A stretch of DNA of 64,000 bases. It comes from Myxococcota bacterium. GTDB lineage: Bacteria > Myxococcota_A > UBA796 > UBA2385. The position numbers were made by a program, and so were the translations under genes. The stretch lies in NCBI GenBank assembly GCA_044344255.1, contig JBIJDH010000018.1, positions 115,024-179,023 on the forward strand, read 5' to 3'. Each line of letters opens with the position of its first letter. Position 1 is the stretch's first letter. The notes beneath the pieces are model-generated. The model was not told where the DNA came from. It saw nothing but the letters and a program-made list of their open reading frames with translations, and searched no databases. Shown here one piece after another: positions 48,660 to 62,274 of this stretch.

Positions 48660-50174
48660 TCAGGGCTCCTCTTCATCGCCGCCGGGCCCGTCGTCGGGGT
48701 TGGGGGCGCTGGGGTCGAGGTCCTTGCGGGGGGTGTAGAAGAAGGTGGGGCGCACCCGCCAGCCCGTCTTTGGATAGAGCGCGGCACCGGGGACGCTGAG
48801 CTTCTTGCCCTTCTCATAGGCCTTGTTGACGCCGTGGCCGAGCTTGTCGTTGGCGGCCACGATGACGGCCCAGCGGCGGGCCGCGAGCTCGGCCTCGATG
48901 CCTTTCACGGCGGGCTGGAGCGAGCTGCCCTTGTGGTCGATGTCCCAGAGGCCGATGAGGTGCAGCCCGGGCGCCTTCCCGGCGAGCACGGGGTACCAGG
49001 GGCTCCAGGGAGAGAGCACCTCGCCCTGCACGGCGGCGATGTCGGCCACGACGCGATCACCAGCGCTGAGGTCAGCCGGGGTGGGCAGGTACTTCTTCTC
49101 CTCCCAGCGCCCCCGATAGACCTGCCCGGCGAGGAGCAGGCCCAGGGCGAGGTGCAGGAGGGCGTGGGGCCGGGCCTGGAGGGCGCGGGAGAGGCCGAGG
49201 GCGGTGAGCAGCGAGAGGGCCCAGATGCCCGGCATCAGCACGTTGGTGAAGCCGCCCTGGTGGCCGCGCATCATGGCGCAGAGCAGGACCGACACGGCGC
49301 CCTGTCCGAGCCAATAGGCGGCCCCTCGGCCGATGCCCCGCCAGGTGGACAGGCCGAGCGCGAGGCCGATGGCGGCCGCCAGCGGCAGCAGCACCGGGGC
49401 CACGAGCTCGCCCTCGGCCTGAGGGAAGAAGCGCGCGGCCACGAAGCCGTGGTGAGAGGGTGCGCCGACGACGTAGTCGAGGAAGAGGTGGTCGCCCTCG
49501 AGCATCATGAGCCCAGTGAAGGCGAGGGCGGGCCCTACGCTCCAGGCCGCATAGCGGAGGGCCACGGCCCGCCCCTCGGTCTTCCAGAGCCAGACGAGGG
49601 GCACGACGCCGAGCAGCGCGCCGTTGTGCTTGGTGGCGAAGGCGGCCGTGAGCAGGAGCCCGCCCGATCGCAGCCAGCCGTGCCGCAGGGCGAGCAGCGA
49701 CCAGGCGAAGAGGGCCATGAAGAGGCCGTCGATGCGCACGAGGTCGTAGAAGGCCCCCGTGTCATCGTAGGCGGACAGATAGAGCGCGGCGGCCCCGAGG
49801 CCGAGGCTCCAGCGCCCGCCCTCCTTCACCACCGCGACCACCAGCGCGACCGTGGCGGCGGCCGTGCCGAGGAGCGAGAGCAGTCGCCCGTCCTGGTAGT
49901 CGAGGCCGCCGGTCAACAGGCCGGTGAGCGCCACCAGATAATGATAGAGCGGCGGATAGATAAAAGGGACGAAGTCGGCCGAGGGCGTGACATAGAGCGG
50001 CTCACCCTGCGTCACGCGCCAGGCGTGGGTGAGCATCCCCCCCTCCATCCACTCGAGGTCGTAGGGGTAGCCGAAGCGGGGCCCGATGGTGCGGGCCAGC
50101 AGGTAGAGGATGAAGCCCAAGGCCCCGAGGACGGGGAGGTCGAGCAGCAGCCCCGCGCCGCGCCGCGCGCTCAT
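48660..50174 (-). CDS. Polytopic membrane protein, GT-C (family 39-like) glycosyltransferase
   Basis: YDLEWMEGG, FIYPPLY, GRLLS, YDLVRIDGL and FATKH motifs; ATGA overlap with the aldolase. Confidence 0.7.
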   Translation of the reverse strand: MSARRGAGLLLDLPVLGALGFILYLLARTIGPRFGYPYDLEWMEGGMLTHAWRVTQGEPLYVTPSADFVPFIYPPLYHYLVALTGLLTGGLDYQDGRLLSLLGTAAATVALVVAVVKEGGRWSLGLGAAALYLSAYDDTGAFYDLVRIDGLFMALFAWSLLALRHGWLRSGGLLLTAAFATKHNGALLGVVPLVWLWKTEGRAVALRYAAWSVGPALAFTGLMMLEGDHLFLDYVVGAPSHHGFVAARFFPQAEGELVAPVLLPLAAAIGLALGLSTWRGIGRGAAYWLGQGAVSVLLCAMMRGHQGGFTNVLMPGIWALSLLTALGLSRALQARPHALLHLALGLLLAGQVYRGRWEEKKYLPTPADLSAGDRVVADIAAVQGEVLSPWSPWYPVLAGKAPGLHLIGLWDIDHKGSSLQPAVKGIEAELAARRWAVIVAANDKLGHGVNKAYEKGKKLSVPGAALYPKTGWRVRPTFFYTPRKDLDPSAPNPDDGPGGDEEEP

Positions 50175-51097
50175 CCGGCGGCGGGGCGGGACAGGGCCCG
50201 GAGGACCTCTTCGACGACGGCGTCCTCCACGCCCTGGGAGGGCGCGCGCATCGAGACCATCGGCGGGGCGCCGGGCGTGGGCGCCGCGGGGACGGTGGGG
50301 CCGACGGCGCGGAGGGCCGCCTCGACCACGCGGGCCATTCGCAGGCCCTTGGTGGGGCCGACACCCGCGGGGGAGGGGTTGCCGCAGCCGGAGCAGCCCT
50401 TACAGGCGGCGGGGAGGTCGGCCCCCGGCTCGTCGGCCTTGGCGACGGCCTCGGGGGGCCCGCCGTAACGCTTGAGGCCGAGGGAGCGGAGCTTCTCGGC
50501 CTCGGCCGCAGGGAGCTCCTTCACGCCGCCGAGGTCACGCGCCGTCTTCGTGATGAGGGCGGTGTGCTCCATCGTCTCGAGGTTGCAGAAGGCGGTGAGG
50601 AGGTCTTTGCCGAGGCAGACCGCGCCGTGACGGTCCATCAGCACGGCGTCGTGGTGCCGCACATAGGGGCGCAGCTTGTCGGCGAGGGCGTGGGTGCCGG
50701 TGGTCTCGTAGGCGATGGTGGGCACGGTGCCGAGCGTGAGCACCACCTCGGGGAGCACGCAGCGGGCCATGCTCACGTTGGCGATGGTGAAGGCGACGCT
50801 GATCGGCGGGTGCGCGTGCACGATCGCCCGCACGTCGGGCCGCTCCTCGTAACAGGCGAGGTGCATGAAGATCTCGCTCGTGGCCTTCCCGCTGCCGCGG
50901 AGGACCTTGCCCTTCCGATCGACCACGACGAGGTCTTCCTCGGTGAGGAAGCCCTTGTGGCAGCCGGCGCGGGTGCAGAGCACGTCGCCGGAGGGCAGGA
51001 GGGCCGAGAGGTTACCGTCCATCGCCACGAGCAGGTGACGCTCATAGGTGAGGTGGGCGATGCGTATCATCTGCTGGCGGAGCTGATGTTCGTGCAT
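50171..51097 (-). CDS. Class II aldolase/adducin family protein with C-terminal extension
   Basis: DGNLS, TSEIFMH, IVHAHPP and MDRHGA motifs; then CKGCSGCG, a Pro/Ala linker and VEDAVVEEVLRALSR. Confidence 0.92.
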   Translation of the reverse strand: MHEHQLRQQMIRIAHLTYERHLLVAMDGNLSALLPSGDVLCTRAGCHKGFLTEEDLVVVDRKGKVLRGSGKATSEIFMHLACYEERPDVRAIVHAHPPISVAFTIANVSMARCVLPEVVLTLGTVPTIAYETTGTHALADKLRPYVRHHDAVLMDRHGAVCLGKDLLTAFCNLETMEHTALITKTARDLGGVKELPAAEAEKLRSLGLKRYGGPPEAVAKADEPGADLPAACKGCSGCGNPSPAGVGPTKGLRMARVVEAALRAVGPTVPAAPTPGAPPMVSMRAPSQGVEDAVVEEVLRALSRPAAG

Positions 51098-51224
51098 CGG
51101 CGCGGCCTAACCCGGGCCCCCGCCGGCCCGCCACGCCGGCCCGCCACGCCGGCCCGCAATGCCGGGGCGCTCGCGCGGGCGCTCGTCCGGGGCGGGCCAC
51201 GGTTAGCCGCTCGTCGAAGCACCC

Positions 51225-52052
51225 GTGAACGACCCCCTCGCCATCGGCGCCGTCCTGCTCTCCGCGGCCCTGCACGCGAGCTGGAACGCCGTCGTGAAGT
51301 CCGACCCCGACCGCTCCCTCTCGCTCGGCGTGATGATGGGGGCCGGGGCGGTGATGGCCCTGCCGGTGCTCGCGGTCGTCGGGCTGCCCCCGGCGGCGGC
51401 CTGGCCCTACCTCGCGGGCACCACGCTGGTGCACGTCGTCTACTGCGCGCTGCTGCTGCGGGCCTACGCGAGCGGAGACCTCGGCACGGTCTACCCCATC
51501 GCCCGCGGCCTCGGCCCCCTGCTGGTCGCGGTGGGCGGCTCCCTCGCCGGAGAGCGCCTGCTCGTGCAGGACTGGCTCGGCGTGGGCCTCGTGTCGGCCG
51601 GCATCTTCGGCCTCGCCTCCCGCGGGGCCGTGCGGCCGGCGGCGGTGGGCTGGGCGCTCGGGACTGGCGTGGCCATCGGCACCTACACCACCATCGACGG
51701 CCTCGGCGCCCGCGCCGCCGGCGACCCGCTCCTCTACGTGGCTTGGCTCCACCTGCTCTTCGGCCCCTGGATCGCGCTGGCGGTCGGCCTGCGGCGCGGG
51801 CGGACGGCCCTCCCCTGGCTGCGCCGCCACGGGGCCCGCTCGGCCCTCGGCGGGGTGGTGGCCACCGTCGGCTACGGCCTCGCCGTCTGGGCCTTCTCGC
51901 GAGCCGGCCTCGCCCACATGGCGGCCCTCCGCGAGGTCTCGGTGCTCTTCGCGGCCGTGATCGGCGCGGTCTGGCTCGGAGAGGGCTGGGGCTGGCGGAG
52001 GCTGGCCGCGGCCGCCACGATCGTAGCGGGCCTGCTGCTGCTCAATGGCTGA
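51225..52052 (+). CDS. EamA/DMT family transporter
   Basis: LHASWN, GDLGTVYPIARG, YTTIDG and AALREVSVLF motifs; about 10 TM. Confidence 0.92.
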   Translation: MNDPLAIGAVLLSAALHASWNAVVKSDPDRSLSLGVMMGAGAVMALPVLAVVGLPPAAAWPYLAGTTLVHVVYCALLLRAYASGDLGTVYPIARGLGPLLVAVGGSLAGERLLVQDWLGVGLVSAGIFGLASRGAVRPAAVGWALGTGVAIGTYTTIDGLGARAAGDPLLYVAWLHLLFGPWIALAVGLRRGRTALPWLRRHGARSALGGVVATVGYGLAVWAFSRAGLAHMAALREVSVLFAAVIGAVWLGEGWGWRRLAAAATIVAGLLLLNG

Positions 52053-52080
52053 GGGCCCGCTCCGTCGCCCGCTCCGTCCT

Positions 52081-52470
52081 GCTCGGCCTTACGCTGGCGG
52101 ACCATGAAGTCGCGCATCGCCTGGGCGACGCGGAAGAGGCCGACGATGAGCGGACGCGCCTCTTCTATACCGCCGCCGCGGCGGGGGGCCTCCGTGGAGC
52201 GAGGGGCTCCGATGAGGGTGGCGCGCGGGGTGCAGCGCGTCGAGGGAAGGGAGAGAGGGCTGCCGTCGTTCTGCGTCTCCTGCGACGGCTGGAGCTTTCA
52301 TGCCTGGGTCGTGGTGGAGGCTGCGGCTCGGGGAGGGCTGCTGCGGCTCGGGCGCGACCGGCACCGGCCCACGCAGGCCGTGGACCGGTTGGAGGTGGAG
52401 CCGGATGGGCGGGTCCGCTTCACGATGAGACGGACACCCGAGGACGGGACGGCGGCCCTCTCACCCATCT
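52081..52470 (+). mobile_element. Decayed IS91/ISCR-family (Y2) transposase fragment
   Basis: CVSCDGWSFHAWVVV..LLRLGR..RP..DRLEVEPDGRVRFTMRR..EDGT resembles the IS91 consensus GFSLHA..LERLCRY..RP..RL..DG.V...KR.W.DGT, with the catalytic Tyr lost; frameshifted. Confidence 0.65.
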
Positions 52471-52559
52471 ACGCGGCCCGGGGTTATGACCGGAGATACT
52501 CTCTTGCGTGTCAAGCCGCGGGGGCGGGGTAAAAGACGCCCTCTCGGGGCTGTGCCCCG

Positions 52560-52603
52560 GGAGAGCGAGAGGGGTGGCGTCCTGTGGTAGGCTGGGCGCC
52601 ATG
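52560..52603 (+). repeat. 44-bp dispersed repeat with promoter-like TGTGGTAGGCT and terminal ATG, copy 1
   Basis: Matches 59061-59104 at 40 of 44 positions. Confidence 0.8.
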
Positions 52604-52639
52604 ACTGCTCCCCGCCGTTCATGTGCCCTGTCCCCCGGG

Positions 52640-52743
52640 ACGGTTCCCCGCTTCACCGCGATGGCGCGGACGCTTAGGCCGGATGTGCGCCAAGCCTCGA
52701 TGAGGCGGCGGCATTCGAGCAGTGGGTTGTGTCGGGTGCCCAT
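52640..52743 (-). mobile_element. Possible IS66 TnpA (accessory protein) N-terminal fragment
   Basis: RRLIEAWRTSGLSVRAIA resembles the TnpA motif W...SGLS...F. Confidence 0.5.
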
Positions 52744-52824
52744 TGGCGGATCCTCCAGCAGGGAAGATCACCCGGGGGAGCCCGCGATGGCAGCGGCGCC
52801 ACCGTGGGCGGTTACGCCGCCGGA

Positions 52825-53048
52825 AGTCGAGCTGCTCGTTGCTGATTGTGCCTCGGTCGCCTACGAGTACCAGGTGTCGAAGTTGAATTCGCTCTCGCAG
52901 CCGGTCCACCTGGGAGGGCACGGTGTTTCAGCCCTTGACGTTGCCCTCGAAGAACTCGACCGCGACGGGGCGCCCCTCGGTATCGGTCACAGCCCCGTGG
53001 GTCACCTTGGGAAGGTCGGATCGATGGTCGCGGCCATAACCCTGCTTT
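52825..53048 (-). mobile_element. IS1634-family transposase fragment with in-frame stop
   Basis: KQGYGRDHRSDLPKV..VTDTEGRPVAVEFFEGNVKG*NTVPSQVDRLRERIQLRHLVLVGDRG. Confidence 0.8.
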
Positions 53049-53236
53049 GGGATCTAGGGGCGCGGCTGTAGGGTCCAGGGTGGATTTTCGGCCGGGGGCG
53101 CCCGCCTGCGCATCCCCCGCGGAAAATGGGGTGGTCCGGTGCGACGCTACAGCGCGGCAGGTCGATGGGCCGAGATTCCCAAGCGAACCCCGTTCCGACC
53201 CGAGTGGGCGCCTACGCTCGCACGAGGAGCATCCGA

Positions 53237-54139
53237 ATGTTTGGCCTCCTGATCTTCACCTGCCTGATTGTCGCGGCGCACGCGGGAGCGATGGACGGCC
53301 CCCCTTATAGACCTCTGGGCTCGATCCAGTCCGAAATCGTTTCGTTGAAGGTCGAGATTCGCGATGAGAATGACCGGGCGCGACGTTCGGAGCGGCTCCT
53401 CCAACTCGCGCGCCTCTACTCTGAGGAGGCGGCCTGCCTCCTCGTGAGCGTGGGCCGGGGGGATGACTGGGCCGCCTCGAAGTGGCGAGCGATCAAGCTC
53501 TTTCGGCAGGTCCAGGTGGTCTCGCCCGACCTCGCCGAACGTGAGGGAGTCGCGGCGCTTCTGGCCCGGGAGCTGGACGACCCGCCGCCGCCGGACTCGA
53601 CTCCCCGGCGCGTAGGTTCGAACGGCGAGAACATCGCGCGAACTCTCTTCACATTTGAAGGGGTGTCGTCAGCGCTCGACCACGGAAGCGAGGCCCTCGG
53701 CGCTCTGGGTACGGGAGCGTGCGAGCTCGCCCCTGAGACGTGCTCGCGCGCCGTTCAGAACGCGTCGGCGCGGGGGACCGCTCACGCGACAGACTTGCTG
53801 GCCGAGTCGTACGCGGACGGCACTGTCCGGAGCGAAGTGCCTGCCATCTCCGCGTCGGACACCAATCACGCCGGGCGCGTACCGGCAGACGGCCACCCAT
53901 ACATTTCCGGTCGGGTCCGCTATCCATCTGGGGCGCCTTGCCGAGGCTGCGACGTGTCCGCCGCCATGCAGTCGGGCGGGGTTACTGACCACGCTCTAAC
54001 GGATGACGATGGCCGCTTCCGTATTCCCGTACGGGGCGGAGCGGTGGCGATGGTTTTTCTGCGAGGGGCCCAGGCCTGGCAGGGCGGTCCCGTTGCGTGC
54101 GCCCCCGTCTGTGAGGTCCCGACCATCACCGTCCCGTAG
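53237..54139 (+). CDS. Secreted hypothetical protein with C-terminal carboxypeptidase-regulatory-like beta domain
   Basis: GAGGAG RBS; signal peptide; ISGRV..GAP....V...TDDDGRFRI; codon usage atypical for the window. Confidence 0.6.
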   Translation: MFGLLIFTCLIVAAHAGAMDGPPYRPLGSIQSEIVSLKVEIRDENDRARRSERLLQLARLYSEEAACLLVSVGRGDDWAASKWRAIKLFRQVQVVSPDLAEREGVAALLARELDDPPPPDSTPRRVGSNGENIARTLFTFEGVSSALDHGSEALGALGTGACELAPETCSRAVQNASARGTAHATDLLAESYADGTVRSEVPAISASDTNHAGRVPADGHPYISGRVRYPSGAPCRGCDVSAAMQSGGVTDHALTDDDGRFRIPVRGGAVAMVFLRGAQAWQGGPVACAPVCEVPTITVP

Positions 54140-54344
54140 ACACGCCCGAGTGGCGAGTTGCGCCGCCGGTCAGCACCGGAAGCTACTGATTGATTGTGGT
54201 TTCGCATGGCTGATCACCATCGTTGTCCGCTTAGTCCGGTTCTTGGCGTAGGTCGATCCACTTCGGGAGGGCTGGCTCCAGGCCGGACTCTCGCTCCGAC
54301 TGCGGTCTGAGGAGGCGCCCCTGGACAGGGGAGGCCTCGGTCGC

Positions 54345-54393
54345 GCTCGGCCTTTCGCTGTCGGCCTATGAGGTCGCGAATCGCCTGGGCGAC
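54345..54393 (+). mobile_element. Second remnant homologous to the start of the IS91-like fragment
   Basis: Matches 52081-52129 at 43 of 49 positions. Confidence 0.65.
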
Positions 54394-54590
54394 AGGCTTG
54401 TCTTTTTGGAGTACCGGGGACAGGCAATGCGGTGTGTGTTTTCCGCCGCCCCTCCCGGAAGGCGCCCTGCTTCGTCACCCGCTCCTGGACCACCCCGGCG
54501 CCCACCATCCCGTCATGAACCGGGGGGCCCGCGGCGGTGTTCCCCGCCTGCAAACGGCCCACGCGCACGATAGAATGCCGCACTCCATGG

Positions 54591-58940
<4,350 letters not shown>

Positions 58941-59060
58941 ACCCCGACCTCCCCGTGCTGTTCGGGGAGGATGGCTGGCGGTGCCCGGGCGGTGGCTGCC
59001 GCATGACCCATCGCGCCGTGTCCGAAGGCGGCCCGACGACGAGCGAAGGCCGTGCCTCTC

Positions 59061-59104
59061 GGAGAGCGAGGGTGGTGGCGTCCTGTGGTGGGTTGGGCGC
59101 CATG
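59061..59104 (+). repeat. 44-bp dispersed repeat, copy 2
   Basis: Matches 52560-52603 at 40 of 44 positions. Confidence 0.8.
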
Positions 59105-59148
59105 CCACCAGGGTGCTGTTTCACCTGCTGTCCATCGGGGGTGTCGCG

Positions 59149-59733
59149 ATGCGGGCCATGATCTTGTTTTCGCTGCTCACCGCCATTCTGTACAGCGCTC
59201 CTGCCGAGGCTGATCAGCCTTCGCCCGATCGCTCCCACCGGGTGGGCCAAGCGGGTCTCGGAATGGTTGGCGTAGGCATTGGTCTTGCGGGCGCAGGCAG
59301 CCTGGTGGCAGGTAATGGCTTATCGGAGTCGGACCTGGACAAGGCGACCGGAGGATTGCTGCTGGTGGTCGGTGGGGGGGCGGCGTTCGCGATTGGCACT
59401 CCGATCGCCGTGCTGGGCGCTGCCGTGACAGCGCAACGCCTCAATGACTCCGGCGAGGAGACAAGTAAGACCGGCGCCTGGGTTGGACTGACAGGCCTCA
59501 CCCTCGTGGCTGCGAGCCCCGTCCTTAAGTCTGCGAGCCCTCAGGACTCCGGTCGAGGGACCGGGGCGATTCTCGGGCTCGGTTTCGGGGGTGCGGTGGT
59601 GGGAGCCGTTGTCCAGAGCCTGGAAAACCTCCGTGTGGGCGAGGCAGCGGACCTCATCCACCGCCGGCGGGACCGACTTGCTCTGTCCCTGATTCCGAGT
59701 GGGCGGGGCCTTGTGCTCGTTGGCAGCTTCTGA
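59149..59733 (+). CDS. Exported/membrane hypothetical protein with Gly-rich hydrophobic helices
   Basis: Signal peptide, four Gly-rich hydrophobic segments, C-terminal beta strand ending in F (GLVLVGSF); atypical codon usage. Confidence 0.65.
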   Translation: MRAMILFSLLTAILYSAPAEADQPSPDRSHRVGQAGLGMVGVGIGLAGAGSLVAGNGLSESDLDKATGGLLLVVGGGAAFAIGTPIAVLGAAVTAQRLNDSGEETSKTGAWVGLTGLTLVAASPVLKSASPQDSGRGTGAILGLGFGGAVVGAVVQSLENLRVGEAADLIHRRRDRLALSLIPSGRGLVLVGSF

Positions 59734-59918
59734 GTTGTGGAGGGCGTGATGCAAGAGACGGTTTCAGCCTGACCTGAGCGGCCGCCCGACAGGAAGGGGG
59801 CCGGGCGACGCGCCGAGGGGGGCACCCTCTTCGAGGAGCCCGGCCCCGACTCTGCCCGGTGGACGACCACCTCGTGCTGCCCCCACCTCGCCCCCGGCCG
59901 ACGCCCCGACCGAGACCG

Positions 59919-60635
59919 TCAGTCCGACGCCGCCGCCACCAGCATCGCCTTCAGCGTCTCGCGGCGCTCGGGGTCGGACAGGTCGTTGATGGTCAGGTTG
60001 TAGACCGCCCGGGTCTCGTTGTCGGCGTCCAGGGCGAACACATCGCGCCACTCCGCCTCCCAATTCTCCCAGACCCCGGCGACCGCGTCGTCCTGGAGCA
60101 CGGGCAGCGGCGCCACCGCGGACAGGTCGGGCAGGCCGGCCTCGTAGCCCGCCTCATTGACCGCGAGGATGTGGATCTCGAGCTCGGGGTGCTCCTCTTC
60201 GAGCTCTGCCTGGATCTGACCGAGGTAGCCGAACTGGCTACGGCAGTGCCCTCAGGTCGCGTGGGTGAAGTACCAGCCGGAGACCTGCTCCAGGTAGTCG
60301 CGCGGCGACACGACCTCTCCGTAGCGGGGAGAGCTCGGGTTCTCGTCCATCAGCGAGAAGTCGGGCTGGGGGAAGGTGTCGGGGGCGCCGCCGGTGTCGG
60401 GCTCACCCGAGTCGCCGCTGTCGGGAGCGCCGCTGTCCGACGAACCGCTGTCGAAGGGGCCGCTGTCCCCGGAGCCGCTGTCTCCGGAGCCTCCGTCGCC
60501 CGCACCGCCGTCGCCCGCACCGCCGTCGCCCGTCTGGGCGCTCCCGCCCGCGGCCCCGCCTCCGTCGGAGGGGTGCCCGGCCGGCGGACGACAGGCAGCG
60601 AGGGCAAGGAGGGTGGCGAGGAGGGAGGGGCGCAT
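59919..60635 (-). CDS. Selenoprotein: thioredoxin-fold (AhpC/TSA, TlpA-like) lipoprotein, 238 aa, Sec at codon 128 (UxxC)
   Basis: ORFs 60252..60635 and 59919..60116 share a frame separated by a single TGA (60252-60254): ..PDFSLMD..GWYFTHAT-U-GHCRSQF..IHILAVNE..PLPVLQD..VWENW. Lipobox LALAAC. Confidence 0.88.
60225..60241 (-). promoter_or_regulatory. Putative bacterial SECIS hairpin
   Basis: mRNA reads UGA-GGGCACUGCC-GUAGCC-AGUUC-GGCUAC: a perfect 6-bp stem starting at nt +11 after the UGA, with GU at loop positions 2-3. Confidence 0.75.
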
Positions 60636-60697
60636 GCCTCAGTATACCCTGCGGGCCGGACGAGGGGCCAGACGAGCCCGTTGGCAGATCGATCCAG

Positions 60698-61303
60698 TCA
60701 CTCACATACCCCGGGAAAGACCTTCCAGTAGGACGCTCCGATCTCGGCGTCGCCGCACTCGTTCTGGGTCATGACGAGGTCGGGGATCTGGTCGCCCGTG
60801 AGGTCGAAGGTGGAGTAGAACCAGTAGCTGGCTCCGCCGCAGTCGGTGGCGCCGCTGGCGTCATAGGTCGCGGAGGGGAGCCCGTCGGGGAGGGCCCAAT
60901 CCTCGCCGGGTCCGAAGCCGCTCGACCCGCCGGGAAAGACCTTCCAGTAAGACTTCCCGATCTCGTCATCGCCGCACTCGTTCTGGGTCATGACGAGGTC
61001 GGGGATCTGGTCGCCGGTGAGGTCAAAGGTGGAGTAGGACCAGTAGGCGGCTCCGCCACAGTCGGCGCTGCCGGCAACGTCATAGGTCGCGGAGGGGAGC
61101 CCGTCGGGGAGGGCCCATTCCTCGCCGGCGCCGAAGCCCACCCCCGGGCAGGCGGAGACCCCGTCGTCACCTCCGCCTCCACCTCCGCCGCCTCCACCTC
61201 CATCCTCGCCCAGACCGCCCTTGCCCGCGGCGCCGGTGTCGCCCTGGAAGGAGCCGGTACAGGCCAGAAGCAGCAGGAGAGGGAGCGGTCGCGGGCTGGT
61301 CAT
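60698..61303 (-). CDS. Lipoprotein with two near-identical 73-aa FG-GAP-like repeats
   Basis: LLLLAC lipobox, poly-Gly linker, 2 x (GFG..WALPDGLP..FDLTGDQIPDLVMTQNECG..YWKVFPG); DNA period 219 bp. Confidence 0.8.
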   Translation of the reverse strand: MTSPRPLPLLLLLACTGSFQGDTGAAGKGGLGEDGGGGGGGGGGGDDGVSACPGVGFGAGEEWALPDGLPSATYDVAGSADCGGAAYWSYSTFDLTGDQIPDLVMTQNECGDDEIGKSYWKVFPGGSSGFGPGEDWALPDGLPSATYDASGATDCGGASYWFYSTFDLTGDQIPDLVMTQNECGDAEIGASYWKVFPGVCE

Positions 61304-61514
61304 GGGGCGCACCGGTGAGGAAGAGGCGGCCTAACCGGTCGTCCTCCCCGAACAAAGGGGCGTAGCCCGGGGGAGGCGCGGCGTGGGGGCTCCGAGGAGG
61401 ACGGAGGGAGACGCATCACGCCTTACCTCACCCCGAAGCCCCGAAGCCCCGATGCCCACGGGCGCTCCAGCCCGCTGCCGGATAGCGGCCCGTCCCACCG
61501 GAGGACGGCACCGC

Positions 61515-62135
61515 ATGATCACGGAGATCGAGGACTTCTTCACCAAGGGCTGTGGCCGCTGCGAGCGCTTCGACACCCCGGAGTGCTCGGCCCTGCGATG
61601 GGCCCGCGGCCTCGCCGATCTGCGCCGCATCGCCCTCGAGCTCGGTCTCGTCGAGACGGTCAAGTGGGGCCACCCCTGCTACATGCACGCCGGCCGCAAC
61701 ATCGCCATCCTCGGCGCCCTGCGGGAAGACCTGCGGCTCAGCTTCTTTCACGCCGCGCTGATGACCGATCCCGAGGGACTGCTGAGCAAGCAGGGCGAGA
61801 ACACCCAACACCCAGATTGCCTGCGCTTCCTCCGAAATGGTCAGGTCGCGGAGAAGGAGGCCAGCGTCCGCCGCTACCTGCGCGAGGCGATGTCCTACGC
61901 CGAGGCGGGCATCAAGCCGGTGAAGGAGGCCCAGGAGATCGAGCTCCCCGACGAGCTGACCGAGGCCCTGGAGGCCGACGCCGAGCTGGGCGAGGCCTTC
62001 GCGCGACTGACCCCCGGCCGTCAGCGCAGCTATGTCATCGCCCTGGCGGGCGCGAAGAAGGCCGAGACCCGGGTAGCCCGCATCCTCAAGTTTCGCGGGC
62101 ACATCCTGGCCGGAAAGGGGTCCCTCGAGCGGTAA
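61515..62135 (+). CDS. YdeI/OmpD-associated (DUF1801) family protein
   Basis: ETVKWGHPCY, SFFHAALMTDP..L.KQGENT, AGIK, LPDEL, F..LTPGRQRSY and AKK.ETR..RI motifs. Confidence 0.9.
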   Translation: MITEIEDFFTKGCGRCERFDTPECSALRWARGLADLRRIALELGLVETVKWGHPCYMHAGRNIAILGALREDLRLSFFHAALMTDPEGLLSKQGENTQHPDCLRFLRNGQVAEKEASVRRYLREAMSYAEAGIKPVKEAQEIELPDELTEALEADAELGEAFARLTPGRQRSYVIALAGAKKAETRVARILKFRGHILAGKGSLER

Positions 62136-62274
62136 CATCACCGCCGTGGTAAAGGACTGGGGCGCTCCCATTTCGCCCTCGGGCGAGATAGACGCCCAAC
62201 CACTTCTACCTGCTCGTGGGGGACCGGCGCCGCTGCCGCCTGCCGCCGACGGGGCCATCGGCTACCGGCCTGAC

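Noticed and set aside
51121..51159. Three 13-bp GC-rich tandem units (CGCCGGCCCGCCA) between the aldolase and eamA
   Set aside because: Low complexity in a very GC-rich genome; most likely slippage, with no supporting evidence of function.
52928..52930. In-frame TGA in the IS1634 fragment as selenocysteine or programmed readthrough
   Set aside because: It is not at a Cys/redox position, and the fragment is truncated at both ends with other degenerate changes.
59919..60635. Two separate hypothetical genes, or a nonsense pseudogene
   Set aside because: Same frame, a single TGA at the redox Cys position, a downstream SECIS-like hairpin and no other lesions favour Sec recoding.
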